Position numbers and translations under genes: made by a program. DNA of 64,000 nucleotides, taken from contig CAIOAT010000028.1 of NCBI GenBank assembly GCA_903856085.1, positions 2,676-66,675 on the forward strand. The letters are read 5' to 3'. Of this stretch, positions 28,900 to 38,920 are shown one piece after another (position 1 is the stretch's first letter; each line of letters starts with the position of its first letter). The notes under the pieces are model-generated. The model was not told where the DNA came from and did no database searches. It saw only the letters and a program-made list of their open reading frames with translations. This DNA is from Candidatus Omnitrophota bacterium (GTDB lineage: Bacteria; Omnitrophota; Omnitrophia; Omnitrophales; Aquincolibacteriaceae).

Positions 28900-30789
28900 A
28901 TGGCAAAACAAACGATTACATCAAGAGATATCAAGCCAACGCTTGGACTTTTTGGTGCCACTATGAATGCTATGGCGCTGATCGCGCCAGGGGCGTTTTT
29001 GTGGATCACCTATCAGCTGCAAGCCGCGGCGACTGCGCCTAACGGCATGTCCGTGGCCAGCGACATTTGGCCGGGCATTGTGCTCGCATTGATCGTGGCT
29101 TTTCTTACGGCGCTTGCCTACGCCCAGCTTGCAAAGCTTTACCCAGAGGCCGGGTTCGCGAGTTGTTGCTACTTTGCAGAAAAAGCATTCTTGGACAAGG
29201 CCGGGGCCAGACATAAAACTCATAATACCCCGACCTCTTTGGCGCGCTTTGCCAAACTCCTCACGGGTTGGTCTGCGCACCTGTTCTACTGGGTTTATCC
29301 GGGAATCATGGTCGCTTTCATGGCGACGCTTATCGGATACATCTACACACAGTTTACAGGGCACACTCTCTCCGCGGATACTTTGACACTGATTGGGATT
29401 GCTTTCGCGGGGATCACTGGCTATATCGCTTTCCGCGGGGTGAGCGGTTCTACTAAGGCGTCGATCTGGATCAACATCATTCAATTGACGGCCCTGGTCA
29501 TCTTCAGTGCACTGGCCATTTACTATCGCATGACAAATCCTCAGCATGCGACTCAATGGGCGTTTACGAGTGGCTTTGATATTTTCAAGATCCACTCTCT
29601 CCAAGGGGTGCTGGTGCAATCGACCATAGCCATTTTGATCCTGGTCGGTTTCGAAAGTTGCACGGCCCTGTCTGCAGAAACGAAAGATCCAGGGAAGACG
29701 ATTCCAAAAGCCATTATTCTTTCCCTGCTCATTCAAGGACTTGCGGCGTATCTTTTGCAATATTTTGCGGCGGGTCTCATGGTCAACGAGCATTTGACCG
29801 CGATCACAGGCACTCCAGCGGTCACAGTAACCGGCATGGCTGCGGCGGCTGCATCGAGCGCTCCTATCGGAGACCTTGCGAAGCTGCTCGGGGATAACGT
29901 CCTCCCCGGGATTGGATTTGGATTGATGATCACCATGGCTCTCACGGTAGCCATTGCGATCGTCGGGACGACCCTGAGCTGTATGAATACGGCGGTACGC
30001 GTGACCTGCGGGATGGCGGAAGATAGGGAACTACCGGAGATGTTGGGTTTCATGCATGCCGGGTTCAGCACGCCTCATATCGCTCTGTGGGTATTGGTCG
30101 TGGTTTCCTCGATTATTGCGGGGATAGGCGTGAGATCGGTTGTGGGTTTGACCGGTATTACCCTTGCTTCGAACTTGGGAACATTCATCTTGTACGGGTT
30201 GACCTGCATTTGGACCATTCTTGCGTTCAAGGATCGTAAAGATTTTAGTGCCATCAAGCACGGATGGATCCCGGCGCTCGGGTTGATCGCTAACATTGTC
30301 ATGGTGATCGGCATCCTCTATCTGTATGTCATAGGGAATGCGGACGCGAAGGCGGAGGCCCGGATCTGTTTCATTATTGCCGGCGCATGGGGCGTGATCA
30401 GCGTGTTTTATGTTCTCTTGACCAGCGTTCAAAAAACCTATCGCGTCAAAGTAGTGACGTGTGTTATTCGTCCGGAACAGCTTGGAGACGTGGCCGCGGC
30501 GCTCAGAAAAGAATCCCTCGTGGTCGGCATGACCGTAACCGACGTCCGCGGCTTCGGACGTCAACATGGCGAGACCGAGGCGGATCTGCCGGTCCATGAA
30601 GATACGATCCGGTTCCAACCGAAAGTGAAAATTGAGGTGCTTGTCAGGGACTGGGACGTCAATAAGACTATGCAAGTGATCACGGGCGCCGTACGGACGG
30701 GGAATATCGGTGACGGAAAGATCATCGTGTTTGATGCTTCGAGCGCCATGCGTATCCGTACGGGGGAAAAAGGCGTGTACGCGCTTTAA
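28900..30789 (+). CDS. APC-family permease fused to a C-terminal PII domain
   Basis: About 12 TM helices with VGFESCTALSAETKDP. From ~30445: IRPEQL, GFGRQ, PKVKIEV, TGNIGDGKI and RIRTGE, with no stop between domains. Confidence 0.9.
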   Translation: MAKQTITSRDIKPTLGLFGATMNAMALIAPGAFLWITYQLQAAATAPNGMSVASDIWPGIVLALIVAFLTALAYAQLAKLYPEAGFASCCYFAEKAFLDKAGARHKTHNTPTSLARFAKLLTGWSAHLFYWVYPGIMVAFMATLIGYIYTQFTGHTLSADTLTLIGIAFAGITGYIAFRGVSGSTKASIWINIIQLTALVIFSALAIYYRMTNPQHATQWAFTSGFDIFKIHSLQGVLVQSTIAILILVGFESCTALSAETKDPGKTIPKAIILSLLIQGLAAYLLQYFAAGLMVNEHLTAITGTPAVTVTGMAAAAASSAPIGDLAKLLGDNVLPGIGFGLMITMALTVAIAIVGTTLSCMNTAVRVTCGMAEDRELPEMLGFMHAGFSTPHIALWVLVVVSSIIAGIGVRSVVGLTGITLASNLGTFILYGLTCIWTILAFKDRKDFSAIKHGWIPALGLIANIVMVIGILYLYVIGNADAKAEARICFIIAGAWGVISVFYVLLTSVQKTYRVKVVTCVIRPEQLGDVAAALRKESLVVGMTVTDVRGFGRQHGETEADLPVHEDTIRFQPKVKIEVLVRDWDVNKTMQVITGAVRTGNIGDGKIIVFDASSAMRIRTGEKGVYAL

Positions 30790-30834
30790 GTTAAGAATAG
30801 ACTCTGCCATTCACAGAAAGCGAGGGATGAAGTC

Positions 30835-31173
30835 ATGAAAAAGTTAGAGATCATCGTAAAGCCAGGAAAAAGTTCCGTGGTGCGCGAAGCGATCGAAGCT
30901 GCGGGTTACTCAGGGATCACGGCTTCGCAAGCGGAGGGACACGGAACCCAAAAGGGGTTGTCCAAGCCACAGAGCGCAGGGAACTATCGCTTGGAATTGG
31001 TTCCTAAGGTTCGTCTGGAAGTGGTTGTTCCGGATGCTGCGGTGGAACCCGTCATTGAAGCTGTGATAAAGGCGGCAAAAACGGGCGAGCCCGGGGACGG
31101 CAAGATTTTTGTTTCGGATGTTAAGGAAGTGATCCGAATCCGTACTGGTGAACGTGGTGAGAAGGCAGTTTGA
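30835..31173 (+). CDS. PII family protein with divergent T-loop
   Basis: GHGTQKG, PKVRLEVV, TGEPGDGKIF and RIRTGE. Confidence 0.9.
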   Translation: MKKLEIIVKPGKSSVVREAIEAAGYSGITASQAEGHGTQKGLSKPQSAGNYRLELVPKVRLEVVVPDAAVEPVIEAVIKAAKTGEPGDGKIFVSDVKEVIRIRTGERGEKAV

Positions 31174-31186
31174 TGAACGATTAGGT

Positions 31187-31432
31187 ATGAATGGGGTAAA
31201 TGAAATGCAGATCGAAGGCTCAGATCAAATAGGTAGCTTTAAGGTGGATCACGGAGGTCTTTCCAGAAAGGGGAAACTTCCGGAAGCGGTCCACGAATTG
31301 GAGAAGCAGATGATCGAAGAGGCCATGGCGCGTTCCGGGGGGAATCAGCGTCTGGCCTCCGAGATCCTCGGGATCACCGAACGCATGCTGGGTTACCGGC
31401 TAAAGAATTACGGTCTGAAGCCTTTCGTTTGA
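31187..31432 (+). CDS. Stand-alone Fis-type HTH protein, paralog of the activator's DNA-binding domain
   Basis: LEKQMIEEAM...GGNQR...LGITERMLGYRLKNYGLK; start at 31187 or 31205. Confidence 0.8.
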   Translation: MNGVNEMQIEGSDQIGSFKVDHGGLSRKGKLPEAVHELEKQMIEEAMARSGGNQRLASEILGITERMLGYRLKNYGLKPFV

Positions 31433-31463
31433 AGATTAGTTAAAAATAAAAAAGGAGGAAGCA

Positions 31464-32804
31464 ATGGGAAAAATACAAAGAGGTTTGTTAGGTTTTTGGT
31501 TGATCGGGATGTGTCTTGCCCCAGGCGCTGTATTTGCCGAGACGACGAGTGAAGTCACAGCTCTGAAGGCGCAGATCGATGCGCTGAGCCGAAAGCTGGA
31601 AGCCATGGACAGTAAGATGATGACCATGGAAAAGCCGGCGCCCGGCGCGCAGACGGCCTATATTCCTCCGGCTCCCGCAGAGCAAGGGGGCGTTCTGCAT
31701 ACCGCCATGAAGGACATTCATATGGGTGGTTACGTGGAAACCCAATATCAGAATAAGATCGGACAACCGCAGCAGAACGGGAATGTGGGGCGTTCGCTCT
31801 CTGATAAGGCTGCCGATACCTTCTCTGTAAATGCGGCCAAGCTCTGGTTCGAGAAAGTGGCGAATCCTGAGGGCGGAGCCGGTTTTCGCATCGATATGAT
31901 GATGGGAAGCGACGTCCGTTACTACTTCAATAATTTCCAAAAAGATAATCTTGGGAATTCGAACAATGGCAGCAGCGGGGCAACGGCTTTTGCTTTCGAA
32001 CAGGCCTATGTTCAGTATATCGCGCCCTTGAGCTTCTGGTCCGGGAGCAAGATCCTGCCGCATAGCATCGATATCAAAGCTGGTAGGATGGTCACTTTAG
32101 CGGGCAACGAAGTGATCGAGGGATATCAGAACTGGAATATCAGCCGCTCGGTCTCTTTTGGTTATGCGATCCCTTTCACGCATACTGGGGTCAGGGCGAC
32201 CTATGCCTTGTTTAACGATTACCTGACCGTTTATCAGGGGATCAACAACGGTTGGGATAATGATATCGAGAACAATTCGTACAAGACCTTTGAGAATGCG
32301 TTCAGCTTCAGCCCACTCAAGGACGTCAAGTGGACTACGGCGACTTATTTTGGGCCTGAGAACAACGGCGCGAGTGGCGGAAAGCGTTTTCTGGCTACGA
32401 ACGTTCTGAGTTGGAATGCAACCAAGAAGCTTTCGTTTGCGGGTGAATTTGATATCGGCAATCAGCCTCGTGTTGATATCGCGCAGGATGGTGTGTTCCA
32501 TACCGCTCAATGGTTCGATTATGCCGCGTATGCCAGGTATCAATTCACTGAAAAGTTAGCCGCAGCTTATCGCATCGAAATGTTTGATGACAGCAATCGT
32601 TACCGGAACTGGACCAATGTCGGAACTGCTGGCGCTACCACGGATCTTGCCAATACTCTGACGCTGGAATACAAGCTCCATGAAAATATGATCGCCCGGG
32701 CAGAGTACCGGATCGATTATGCTCATGCCGGCGACGGAACGGTGTTTGGCGGAAATCATCAACAGAATACACTAGGCGGTTCGCTATCCTATGTGTTCGG
32801 CTAA
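31464..32804 (+). CDS. Outer-membrane beta-barrel porin (OmpL-like/BBP2 type) with N-terminal coiled coil
   Basis: Signal peptide, coiled coil, amphipathic strands, EQAY, PFTHTGVR, NNGWD, RAEYRID and terminal LSYVFG. Confidence 0.8.
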   Translation: MGKIQRGLLGFWLIGMCLAPGAVFAETTSEVTALKAQIDALSRKLEAMDSKMMTMEKPAPGAQTAYIPPAPAEQGGVLHTAMKDIHMGGYVETQYQNKIGQPQQNGNVGRSLSDKAADTFSVNAAKLWFEKVANPEGGAGFRIDMMMGSDVRYYFNNFQKDNLGNSNNGSSGATAFAFEQAYVQYIAPLSFWSGSKILPHSIDIKAGRMVTLAGNEVIEGYQNWNISRSVSFGYAIPFTHTGVRATYALFNDYLTVYQGINNGWDNDIENNSYKTFENAFSFSPLKDVKWTTATYFGPENNGASGGKRFLATNVLSWNATKKLSFAGEFDIGNQPRVDIAQDGVFHTAQWFDYAAYARYQFTEKLAAAYRIEMFDDSNRYRNWTNVGTAGATTDLANTLTLEYKLHENMIARAEYRIDYAHAGDGTVFGGNHQQNTLGGSLSYVFG

Positions 32805-32815
32805 GTAAAACGTGT

Positions 32816-32861
32816 CTGGGGGGAGGCAGCCCGCGAGTGCTGTCCTCCCCCAGTTTTATTT
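32816..32861 (+). terminator. Rho-independent terminator closing the APC-PII operon
   Basis: CTGGGGGGAGGCAGC-loop-GCTGTCCTCCCCCAG followed by TTTTATTT. Confidence 0.85.
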
Positions 32862-33167
32862 CTCCCGGCCCTAAAATTGCCTCCCCTGGTAATGATGTCC
32901 GTACCCACCCGTTTGTTCTGTGATGGGAGGGACGCGGGGCTGGGACTTTTTTGAAGATTTAGATATTTAGTTCTCTTGAATTTATTGATCATCCGCCGCT
33001 GGACAGTTCTCTCAACCTGAAGTATTCTATGCCCCGAAATGAAGGCATTCTGATCAGTCTTGATTCCCGGTAATTGGTAATCAGGACAGCCCCATTCAAC
33101 CCATGAAATTGACGGGAGGATTGGAGCAGTACGGAAGTCCACGGATTCACTTACCCCAGGTAAAACC

Positions 33168-34286
33168 ATGAAAAAAGCGATACTAGCGCTCGAGGATGGT
33201 GTGTGGTTTGAAGGCGAAGGTTTCGGCGCTGATGGCGAAACTTTTGGGGAAGTCGTTTTTAATACGGGCCTGAGTGGCTATCAGGAAATCCTCACCGATC
33301 CCTCCTATAAAGGTCAGATGGTCTGCATGACCTATCCGCATATCGGCAATTATGGCATCAACGCGGCAGATAGTGAATCCGCGAGGCCCTGGGTCGAAGG
33401 GTTTATCATCAAAGAACTCAGTCCCATCGTCAGCAATTACCGCTCCGAGATGACACTGGATCAATACTTGAAGAAGTACAATATCCTCGGTATTCAGGGA
33501 ATCGACACACGCAAGCTTGTGAAGCACCTAAGGACGGTGGGCGCGAAGAAAGCAGTTATTTCCACCCTGGAACTCGATCCGAAAAAACTTAGCCAAAAGG
33601 CCAAGAAATCCCCAAGTATCGAAGGCGTCGACCTTGTGAAAGAGGTCATGTGCCAAAAACCTTTTGTGTTTGACGAAGTCATGCCCGCGGAATTCGCCTG
33701 GGGCGATCAAAAGAAAAAGAAATACAAAGTCGTGGCCGTGGACAGCGGAACTAAATGGAATATCCTGAGAAAACTCAACCAGCACGGTTTTTATGTTCAG
33801 GTCGTTCCCGCGACTGCGACTGCCGAAGAAATTTTAGCCTATCAGCCGGATGGGGTCTTTCTCTCGAATGGTCCCGGCGATCCCTCGGCTGTGAAGTATT
33901 TGGTTGAAACGGTTCGTAAACTTATAGGGAAATGCCCTATGTTCGGGATCTGTCTCGGGCATCAGATGATCGGGCAGGCCCTCGGTGGGAAGACCTCAAA
34001 GCTCAAGTTCGGGCATCACGGTAATAACCAGCCAGTCATGGACCTTAAAACGCGCAAAATCGAAATCACCTCCCAAAATCATAATTTTGTGGTGAATATT
34101 GATACGCTCCCAAAAGGGGAGGTCGAGATCACCCATATCAATTTGAATGATAAGACGATGGAAGGATTGCAACACAAGAAACATCCGCTTTTCAGCGTGC
34201 AATATCACCCCGAGAATGCTCCGGGGCCGCACGATAGCGACTATCTCTTCGCCCGTTTTTATGACCTTATAGAGAAGAATCAATAA
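33168..34286 (+). CDS. carA: Carbamoyl-phosphate synthase small subunit
   Basis: [22 protein letters not shown] and QYHPE. Confidence 0.97.
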   Translation: MKKAILALEDGVWFEGEGFGADGETFGEVVFNTGLSGYQEILTDPSYKGQMVCMTYPHIGNYGINAADSESARPWVEGFIIKELSPIVSNYRSEMTLDQYLKKYNILGIQGIDTRKLVKHLRTVGAKKAVISTLELDPKKLSQKAKKSPSIEGVDLVKEVMCQKPFVFDEVMPAEFAWGDQKKKKYKVVAVDSGTKWNILRKLNQHGFYVQVVPATATAEEILAYQPDGVFLSNGPGDPSAVKYLVETVRKLIGKCPMFGICLGHQMIGQALGGKTSKLKFGHHGNNQPVMDLKTRKIEITSQNHNFVVNIDTLPKGEVEITHINLNDKTMEGLQHKKHPLFSVQYHPENAPGPHDSDYLFARFYDLIEKNQ

Positions 34287-34287
34287 C

Positions 34288-37200
34288 ATGCCAAAAAGAA
34301 CCGACATTAAAAAGATTCTCATCATAGGATCCGGTCCCATCATCATCGGTCAGGCTTGCGAATTCGATTATTCGGGCGCGCAAGCCGTGAAGGCGTTGAA
34401 GGAAGAAGGCTACAAGGTGGCCCTCATCAATTCGAATCCCGCGACGATCATGACAGACCCTGATCTCGCGGACGCGACTTACATTGAACCGCTGACCGTG
34501 GAATTTCTTGAGAAGGTTATAGCCAAAGAAAAGCCCGATGCGGTTCTGCCGACCATGGGCGGGCAGACGGGGTTGAACCTCGCGGTCGAGGCCTATGAGG
34601 CGGGAGTGTTCAAACGCCACAATGTCGAGATGATCGGCGCGAAGTACGAGGCGATTAAGAAGGCTGAGAATCGCGAGGAATTCAAGCGCGCTATGCAAAA
34701 GATCGGTCTAGATCTTCCGAAAAGTGATTTTGCCTACACGGTGGAGGAAGCTGAGAAGGTCGCTGAAAAGATCGGTTATCCGGTGATCGTGCGTGCGAGT
34801 TTCACGCTGGGCGGATCTGGGAGCGGTGTTTGTCATAATATCGAAGAACTGCGGACCACGGCACGCACGGGGCTTGATTACAGCCGGGTCCATGAGATCT
34901 TGATCGAAGAATCGATCGTCGGATGGAAAGAGTACGAGCTGGAAGTGATGCGGGATATCCACGATAACTTCGTGGTCATTTGTTCGATCGAGAACTTGGA
35001 TCCGATGGGCGTTCATACGGGAGATTCCATCACCGTGGCGCCGGCACAGACCTTGACGGACCGGGAATATCAACGGATGCGCGATGCCGCGCGCAAAGTC
35101 ATGTCGGAGATCGGCATTGAGACCGGTGGTTCGAACGTGCAATTCGCGGTTGATCCCAAAACGGGTCGCATGGTCATCATCGAAATGAATCCTCGTGTTT
35201 CCAGGTCTTCGGCACTCGCCTCCAAAGCCACAGGATTTCCAATCGCAAAATTCGCGGCCAAACTCGCGGTCGGGCTCACGCTGGATGAGATTCCCAACGA
35301 CATCACTAAATACACACCAGCCTCCTTCGAGCCTTCGATCGACTATTGTGTGGTCAAGATCCCGCGATTTGCTTTCGAAAAATTCGAGGGCGTAGATGAC
35401 CGTCTGTCGACGCAAATGAAATCTGTGGGCGAAGTCATGTCTATTGGCCGCACCTTCAAGGAAGCATTCCAAAAAGGATTGCGGTCGCTTGAGACGAAGC
35501 GTTTCGGGTTTGGGGGGGATGGCAAGGATAAGATCTTCGACCTCACGCTCAAAACGCGCGATGCCTATATTCAGTTCATAAAAACCGTCCCGAATGACAA
35601 AGAACTTCGTGAAAAGATATTTGCTTATGTGAAGATCCCGAGGGAAGACAGGATCTTTTATCTGAAGTATGCCTTTCTGGCTGGGTACACCACCGACGAG
35701 ATCTACAAAAAAACAGGGGTCGATCCGTGGTTTCTGGCTCAACTGAAACAAATTATTGATCTGGAGCGGGAGTTGCTTGCCGCGCAGGGAAAGCCGAAGC
35801 AACAGGAAATGCTTATGCGTCAGTCCAAGCAGTATGGATTCTCCGACCGGCAGCTGGCATTCTACTGGGGGCTTCAGGAAAAAGACGTACGCAAAAAACG
35901 TAAGGCCTTGGGTATCAGGCCGGTCTATAAGTTGGTGGATACCTGCGCCGCGGAATTCAAAGCCTATACGCCGTACTTTTATTCGACCTATGAAGATGAG
36001 GATGAATCGAACCCCAGTCGGAAAAAGAAAATCATGATCCTCGGGGGTGGGCCGAATCGCATCGGGCAGGGGATTGAATTTGATTACTGTTGCGTTCACG
36101 CCGTGTTGGCGCTCAAGAAAATGGGCTATGAAACGATCATGGTCAACTCCAATCCCGAGACCGTGAGTACGGATTATGATACTTCCGACAAACTATTTTT
36201 TGAGCCGCTCACGCTAGAAGATGTTCTCAATATCTATGAGAATGAAAAGCCGCTGGGTGTGATCCTGCAGCTTGGTGGACAAACGCCCTTGAATCTTGCG
36301 AAATCCCTTCTGGCGAACGGCGTGAAGATTCTCGGGACTTCCGTTGATGCGATTGATCGTGCCGAAGATCGCGACCGGTTCAAGAAGCTTCTTAAGAAGA
36401 TCGGTTTGCGCCAACCTGCTAATGGGATCGCGACGAGTCTCGACGAGGCCCATCAGATCGCCAAAGAGATCGGGTATCCTGTTGTCATACGTCCGTCCTA
36501 TGTGCTTGGCGGGCGCGCGATGGAGATTGTGTATGACCAGACCTCTCTTAAAAAATACATGAAATACGCGGTCGAGGCGAGTGACGACCAGCCCGTGCTG
36601 ATCGATAAGTTCCTTGAGGACGCGACCGAAATCGATGTGGATCTTATTTCTGATGGCAAAAATGCGGTCGTGGGCTCCGTGATGGAGCATATCGAAGAGG
36701 CGGGGATTCATTCCGGAGATAGTGCCTCCGTGATTCCGCCGTTCTCCATTTCACGCGAGATCGTGGAAGAGATCGTCCAGAAGACCAAGCAGATCGCCAA
36801 GGAGCTCGGAGTGGTCGGGCTGATGAATGTTCAGTATGCTATTCAGAAAGACCAGGTTTTTTGCCTGGAGGTGAACCCGCGCGCATCGCGGACGGTGCCC
36901 TTCGTAAGTAAAACAATCGGTGTGCCGCTTGCGAAACTTGCTGCACAGCTCATGGTAGGGAAATCGCTCAAGGATTTGAAATTCACCGAAGAGATCGTGC
37001 CGAAACATGTGGCGGTGAAGGAGTCTGTTTTTCCGTTCGTGAAGTTCCCGGGGGTTGACATCATCCTTTCTCCGGAAATGAAATCCACCGGAGAAGTGAT
37101 GGGTATCGACAAGGATTTTGGAAAGGCCTTCTATAAATCCCAGGACGCAGCCATGTCCCACATTCCGCGCAAGGGCACTGTGTTCATTAGTGTGAAAGAG

Positions 37201-37578
37201 ACTGATAAGCCCAAGATCGCCGAGATCGCTCGGGAGTTCCATAAGCTGGGCTTGAAGATCGTTTCGACCAAGGGGACGGCCAAGGTTTTGAAAGAAGCGG
37301 GAGTTCCTGCCGAGGAGGTTCTCAAAATGGTGGAAGGAAGCCCCAACCTCTCGCATTGGATCAAGGAAAAGAAGATGGACCTTATTATTAACACGCCAAG
37401 CGGAAAAGGTCCTATGTTGGATGAAGGCAAGATAAGGTCGCTTGCAGTCTCCTTTAATATTCCCTGCATCACCACGCTGAGCGCCGCCCGTGCGGCCGTG
37501 CGAGGGCTCCAGGCCGTAAAGGATAATGATCTGGATGTCCGGTCGATTCAAGACTATCACGGTGTTAAGAGTAAATAA
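34288..37578 (+). CDS. carB: Carbamoyl-phosphate synthase large subunit
   Basis: [18 protein letters not shown], two ATP-grasp domains and an MGS domain. Confidence 0.98.
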   Translation: MPKRTDIKKILIIGSGPIIIGQACEFDYSGAQAVKALKEEGYKVALINSNPATIMTDPDLADATYIEPLTVEFLEKVIAKEKPDAVLPTMGGQTGLNLAVEAYEAGVFKRHNVEMIGAKYEAIKKAENREEFKRAMQKIGLDLPKSDFAYTVEEAEKVAEKIGYPVIVRASFTLGGSGSGVCHNIEELRTTARTGLDYSRVHEILIEESIVGWKEYELEVMRDIHDNFVVICSIENLDPMGVHTGDSITVAPAQTLTDREYQRMRDAARKVMSEIGIETGGSNVQFAVDPKTGRMVIIEMNPRVSRSSALASKATGFPIAKFAAKLAVGLTLDEIPNDITKYTPASFEPSIDYCVVKIPRFAFEKFEGVDDRLSTQMKSVGEVMSIGRTFKEAFQKGLRSLETKRFGFGGDGKDKIFDLTLKTRDAYIQFIKTVPNDKELREKIFAYVKIPREDRIFYLKYAFLAGYTTDEIYKKTGVDPWFLAQLKQIIDLERELLAAQGKPKQQEMLMRQSKQYGFSDRQLAFYWGLQEKDVRKKRKALGIRPVYKLVDTCAAEFKAYTPYFYSTYEDEDESNPSRKKKIMILGGGPNRIGQGIEFDYCCVHAVLALKKMGYETIMVNSNPETVSTDYDTSDKLFFEPLTLEDVLNIYENEKPLGVILQLGGQTPLNLAKSLLANGVKILGTSVDAIDRAEDRDRFKKLLKKIGLRQPANGIATSLDEAHQIAKEIGYPVVIRPSYVLGGRAMEIVYDQTSLKKYMKYAVEASDDQPVLIDKFLEDATEIDVDLISDGKNAVVGSVMEHIEEAGIHSGDSASVIPPFSISREIVEEIVQKTKQIAKELGVVGLMNVQYAIQKDQVFCLEVNPRASRTVPFVSKTIGVPLAKLAAQLMVGKSLKDLKFTEEIVPKHVAVKESVFPFVKFPGVDIILSPEMKSTGEVMGIDKDFGKAFYKSQDAAMSHIPRKGTVFISVKETDKPKIAEIAREFHKLGLKIVSTKGTAKVLKEAGVPAEEVLKMVEGSPNLSHWIKEKKMDLIINTPSGKGPMLDEGKIRSLAVSFNIPCITTLSAARAAVRGLQAVKDNDLDVRSIQDYHGVKSK

Positions 37579-37667
37579 AAAACTCGCTTCTCAAAAGTCA
37601 TAGCTATTTAGGCTAGTGCAAAAAATTCAATAACCCACCGCACAGATTTTTCCTCAATACCGTTTAT

Positions 37668-37696
37668 TTGTAAATTCAAAATCCATGTGTTAGCTT
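37668..37696 (+). promoter_or_regulatory. Sigma70 promoter ahead of the c-di-GMP riboswitch
   Basis: TTGTAA-17 nt-TAGCTT with an extended TG. Confidence 0.5.
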
Positions 37697-37699
37697 ATC

Positions 37700-37842
37700 A
37701 GTAAGGGCAAAACCTGAGAAATCAGGTGACGTTCGCCGTATTTTGCGGCGGATCCGCAGGCTGTTTCTGCGGGCAAAACCACAATCCCGACCGTTCGAAA
37801 GTAACGAAAATCTTCGAGCGAGGGAGGTTGGGTTGCCGGGAA
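37700..37842 (+). ncRNA. c-di-GMP-I (GEMM) riboswitch variant with a 42-nt insertion
   Basis: GGGCAAAACC-TGA-GAAA-TCA-GGTGAC...GCAAAACC...GGTTGCCG core. Confidence 0.7.
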
Positions 37843-37853
37843 GGGGTTTTCTC

Positions 37854-38318
37854 GTGAAACGTAGTTTCAATAGATTTTTTGTCGTTTTGATGCTGACCGC
37901 CGTGCCGTTCGTGTACGCACAGCCGGTGTCTTTTTCCCAAGATTTCGTGGTATCTCCCGAATCTGTGTTTCCGACTGTTTCAGTATCGATGGGACGACTC
38001 CCGGCCACGGTTTCTGATCCTGTGTTTTTCGGTACGGCATCCTGGTACAGCCGGTCCGATCGTGGTATCAAAAAGAGAACAGCGAGTGGAGTGATCTTCG
38101 ATCATTCGAAGAAAACCTGCGCATCTTGGGGGTTCTCCTTTGGGACTCGGCTCCGCGTGACCAATCTGCAGAACGGTCGTTCCGTCATTTGTGTGGTCAA
38201 TGACCGTGGGCCTGCCAAGAAGCTAAAACGCTTGGTGGATCTGACCCAAACCGCTTTTCGCGAGATCGCGGATCCCAAACACGGTCTCATTCGGGTCAGT
38301 GTGACGCCTCTTCGCTAG
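37854..38318 (+). CDS. RlpA-like double-psi beta-barrel protein (lytic transglycosylase family)
   Basis: GTASWY, TASG, FGTRLRVTN, VNDRGP and LVDLTQTAF; signal/TM segment. GTG start after the riboswitch. Confidence 0.85.
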   Translation: MKRSFNRFFVVLMLTAVPFVYAQPVSFSQDFVVSPESVFPTVSVSMGRLPATVSDPVFFGTASWYSRSDRGIKKRTASGVIFDHSKKTCASWGFSFGTRLRVTNLQNGRSVICVVNDRGPAKKLKRLVDLTQTAFREIADPKHGLIRVSVTPLR

Positions 38319-38474
38319 ACTATAAAAAAGGGCGTATGAATTTGACTAGTCTTCGCTAAAGTTCGATGTTAGATTATCCCCGCCGGTCAAACTTTAAATT
38401 TCGTTATTGGGATGGTGTTTGGGATTGTGACTTCCCTAATTTCTGCTTCACAAAAATTGATAGGTGTTGGGACT

Positions 38475-38840
38475 GTGAAAAGATCCTCTAAAACATGGGT
38501 CGCACTTCTTGCTCTTCTTGTATTCTCCTTTCCGTTGATGGCGGCTGAGGTCGAAGTCCAGGGCGAAGGGACGCCGCAGCGAAAACTTCAACGTGGATTC
38601 CTCAATATCGCGCTTTCTCCCGTCGAGATCTCTAACGAGCTTTCCAAAGAAGTCCGCAACGACACGTTTCCTCCGAGCTGGGTCGCAGGATTAGGACGCG
38701 GTTCGATCTACGCTGTGGGGCGTGCTCTGGTGGGGATTTATGAAATAGTGACCTTCCCAATCCCATATCCGGCACATTACCAACCGGTCCTCCAGCCCGA
38801 ATTCGAGTGGCAACATCTGCCTTCCTCCGACAAAAAGTAG
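38475..38840 (+). CDS. Exosortase-system-associated protein (TIGR04073-like)
   Basis: Signal peptide, RKLQRGFLNI...E and GR...GIYEIVTFP.P...PEF. Confidence 0.7.
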   Translation: MKRSSKTWVALLALLVFSFPLMAAEVEVQGEGTPQRKLQRGFLNIALSPVEISNELSKEVRNDTFPPSWVAGLGRGSIYAVGRALVGIYEIVTFPIPYPAHYQPVLQPEFEWQHLPSSDKK

Positions 38841-38920
38841 ACTAGGGACAGATTTATTCCTGAATCCAAAAAGTTTTTGAGATTAGATCAGGGGAGAGTT
38901 TGTCAGCAAAGGCCGAAAGT

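Noticed and set aside
32862-33167. PyrR or other attenuator before carA
   Set aside because: No PyrR-binding loop consensus or terminator/antiterminator pair could be supported.
34708-36099. Long antisense ORFs (also 41377-42453, 56364-57488 and 28921-29793)
   Set aside because: They are shadows of well-conserved genes on the opposite strand, with no motifs or RBS.
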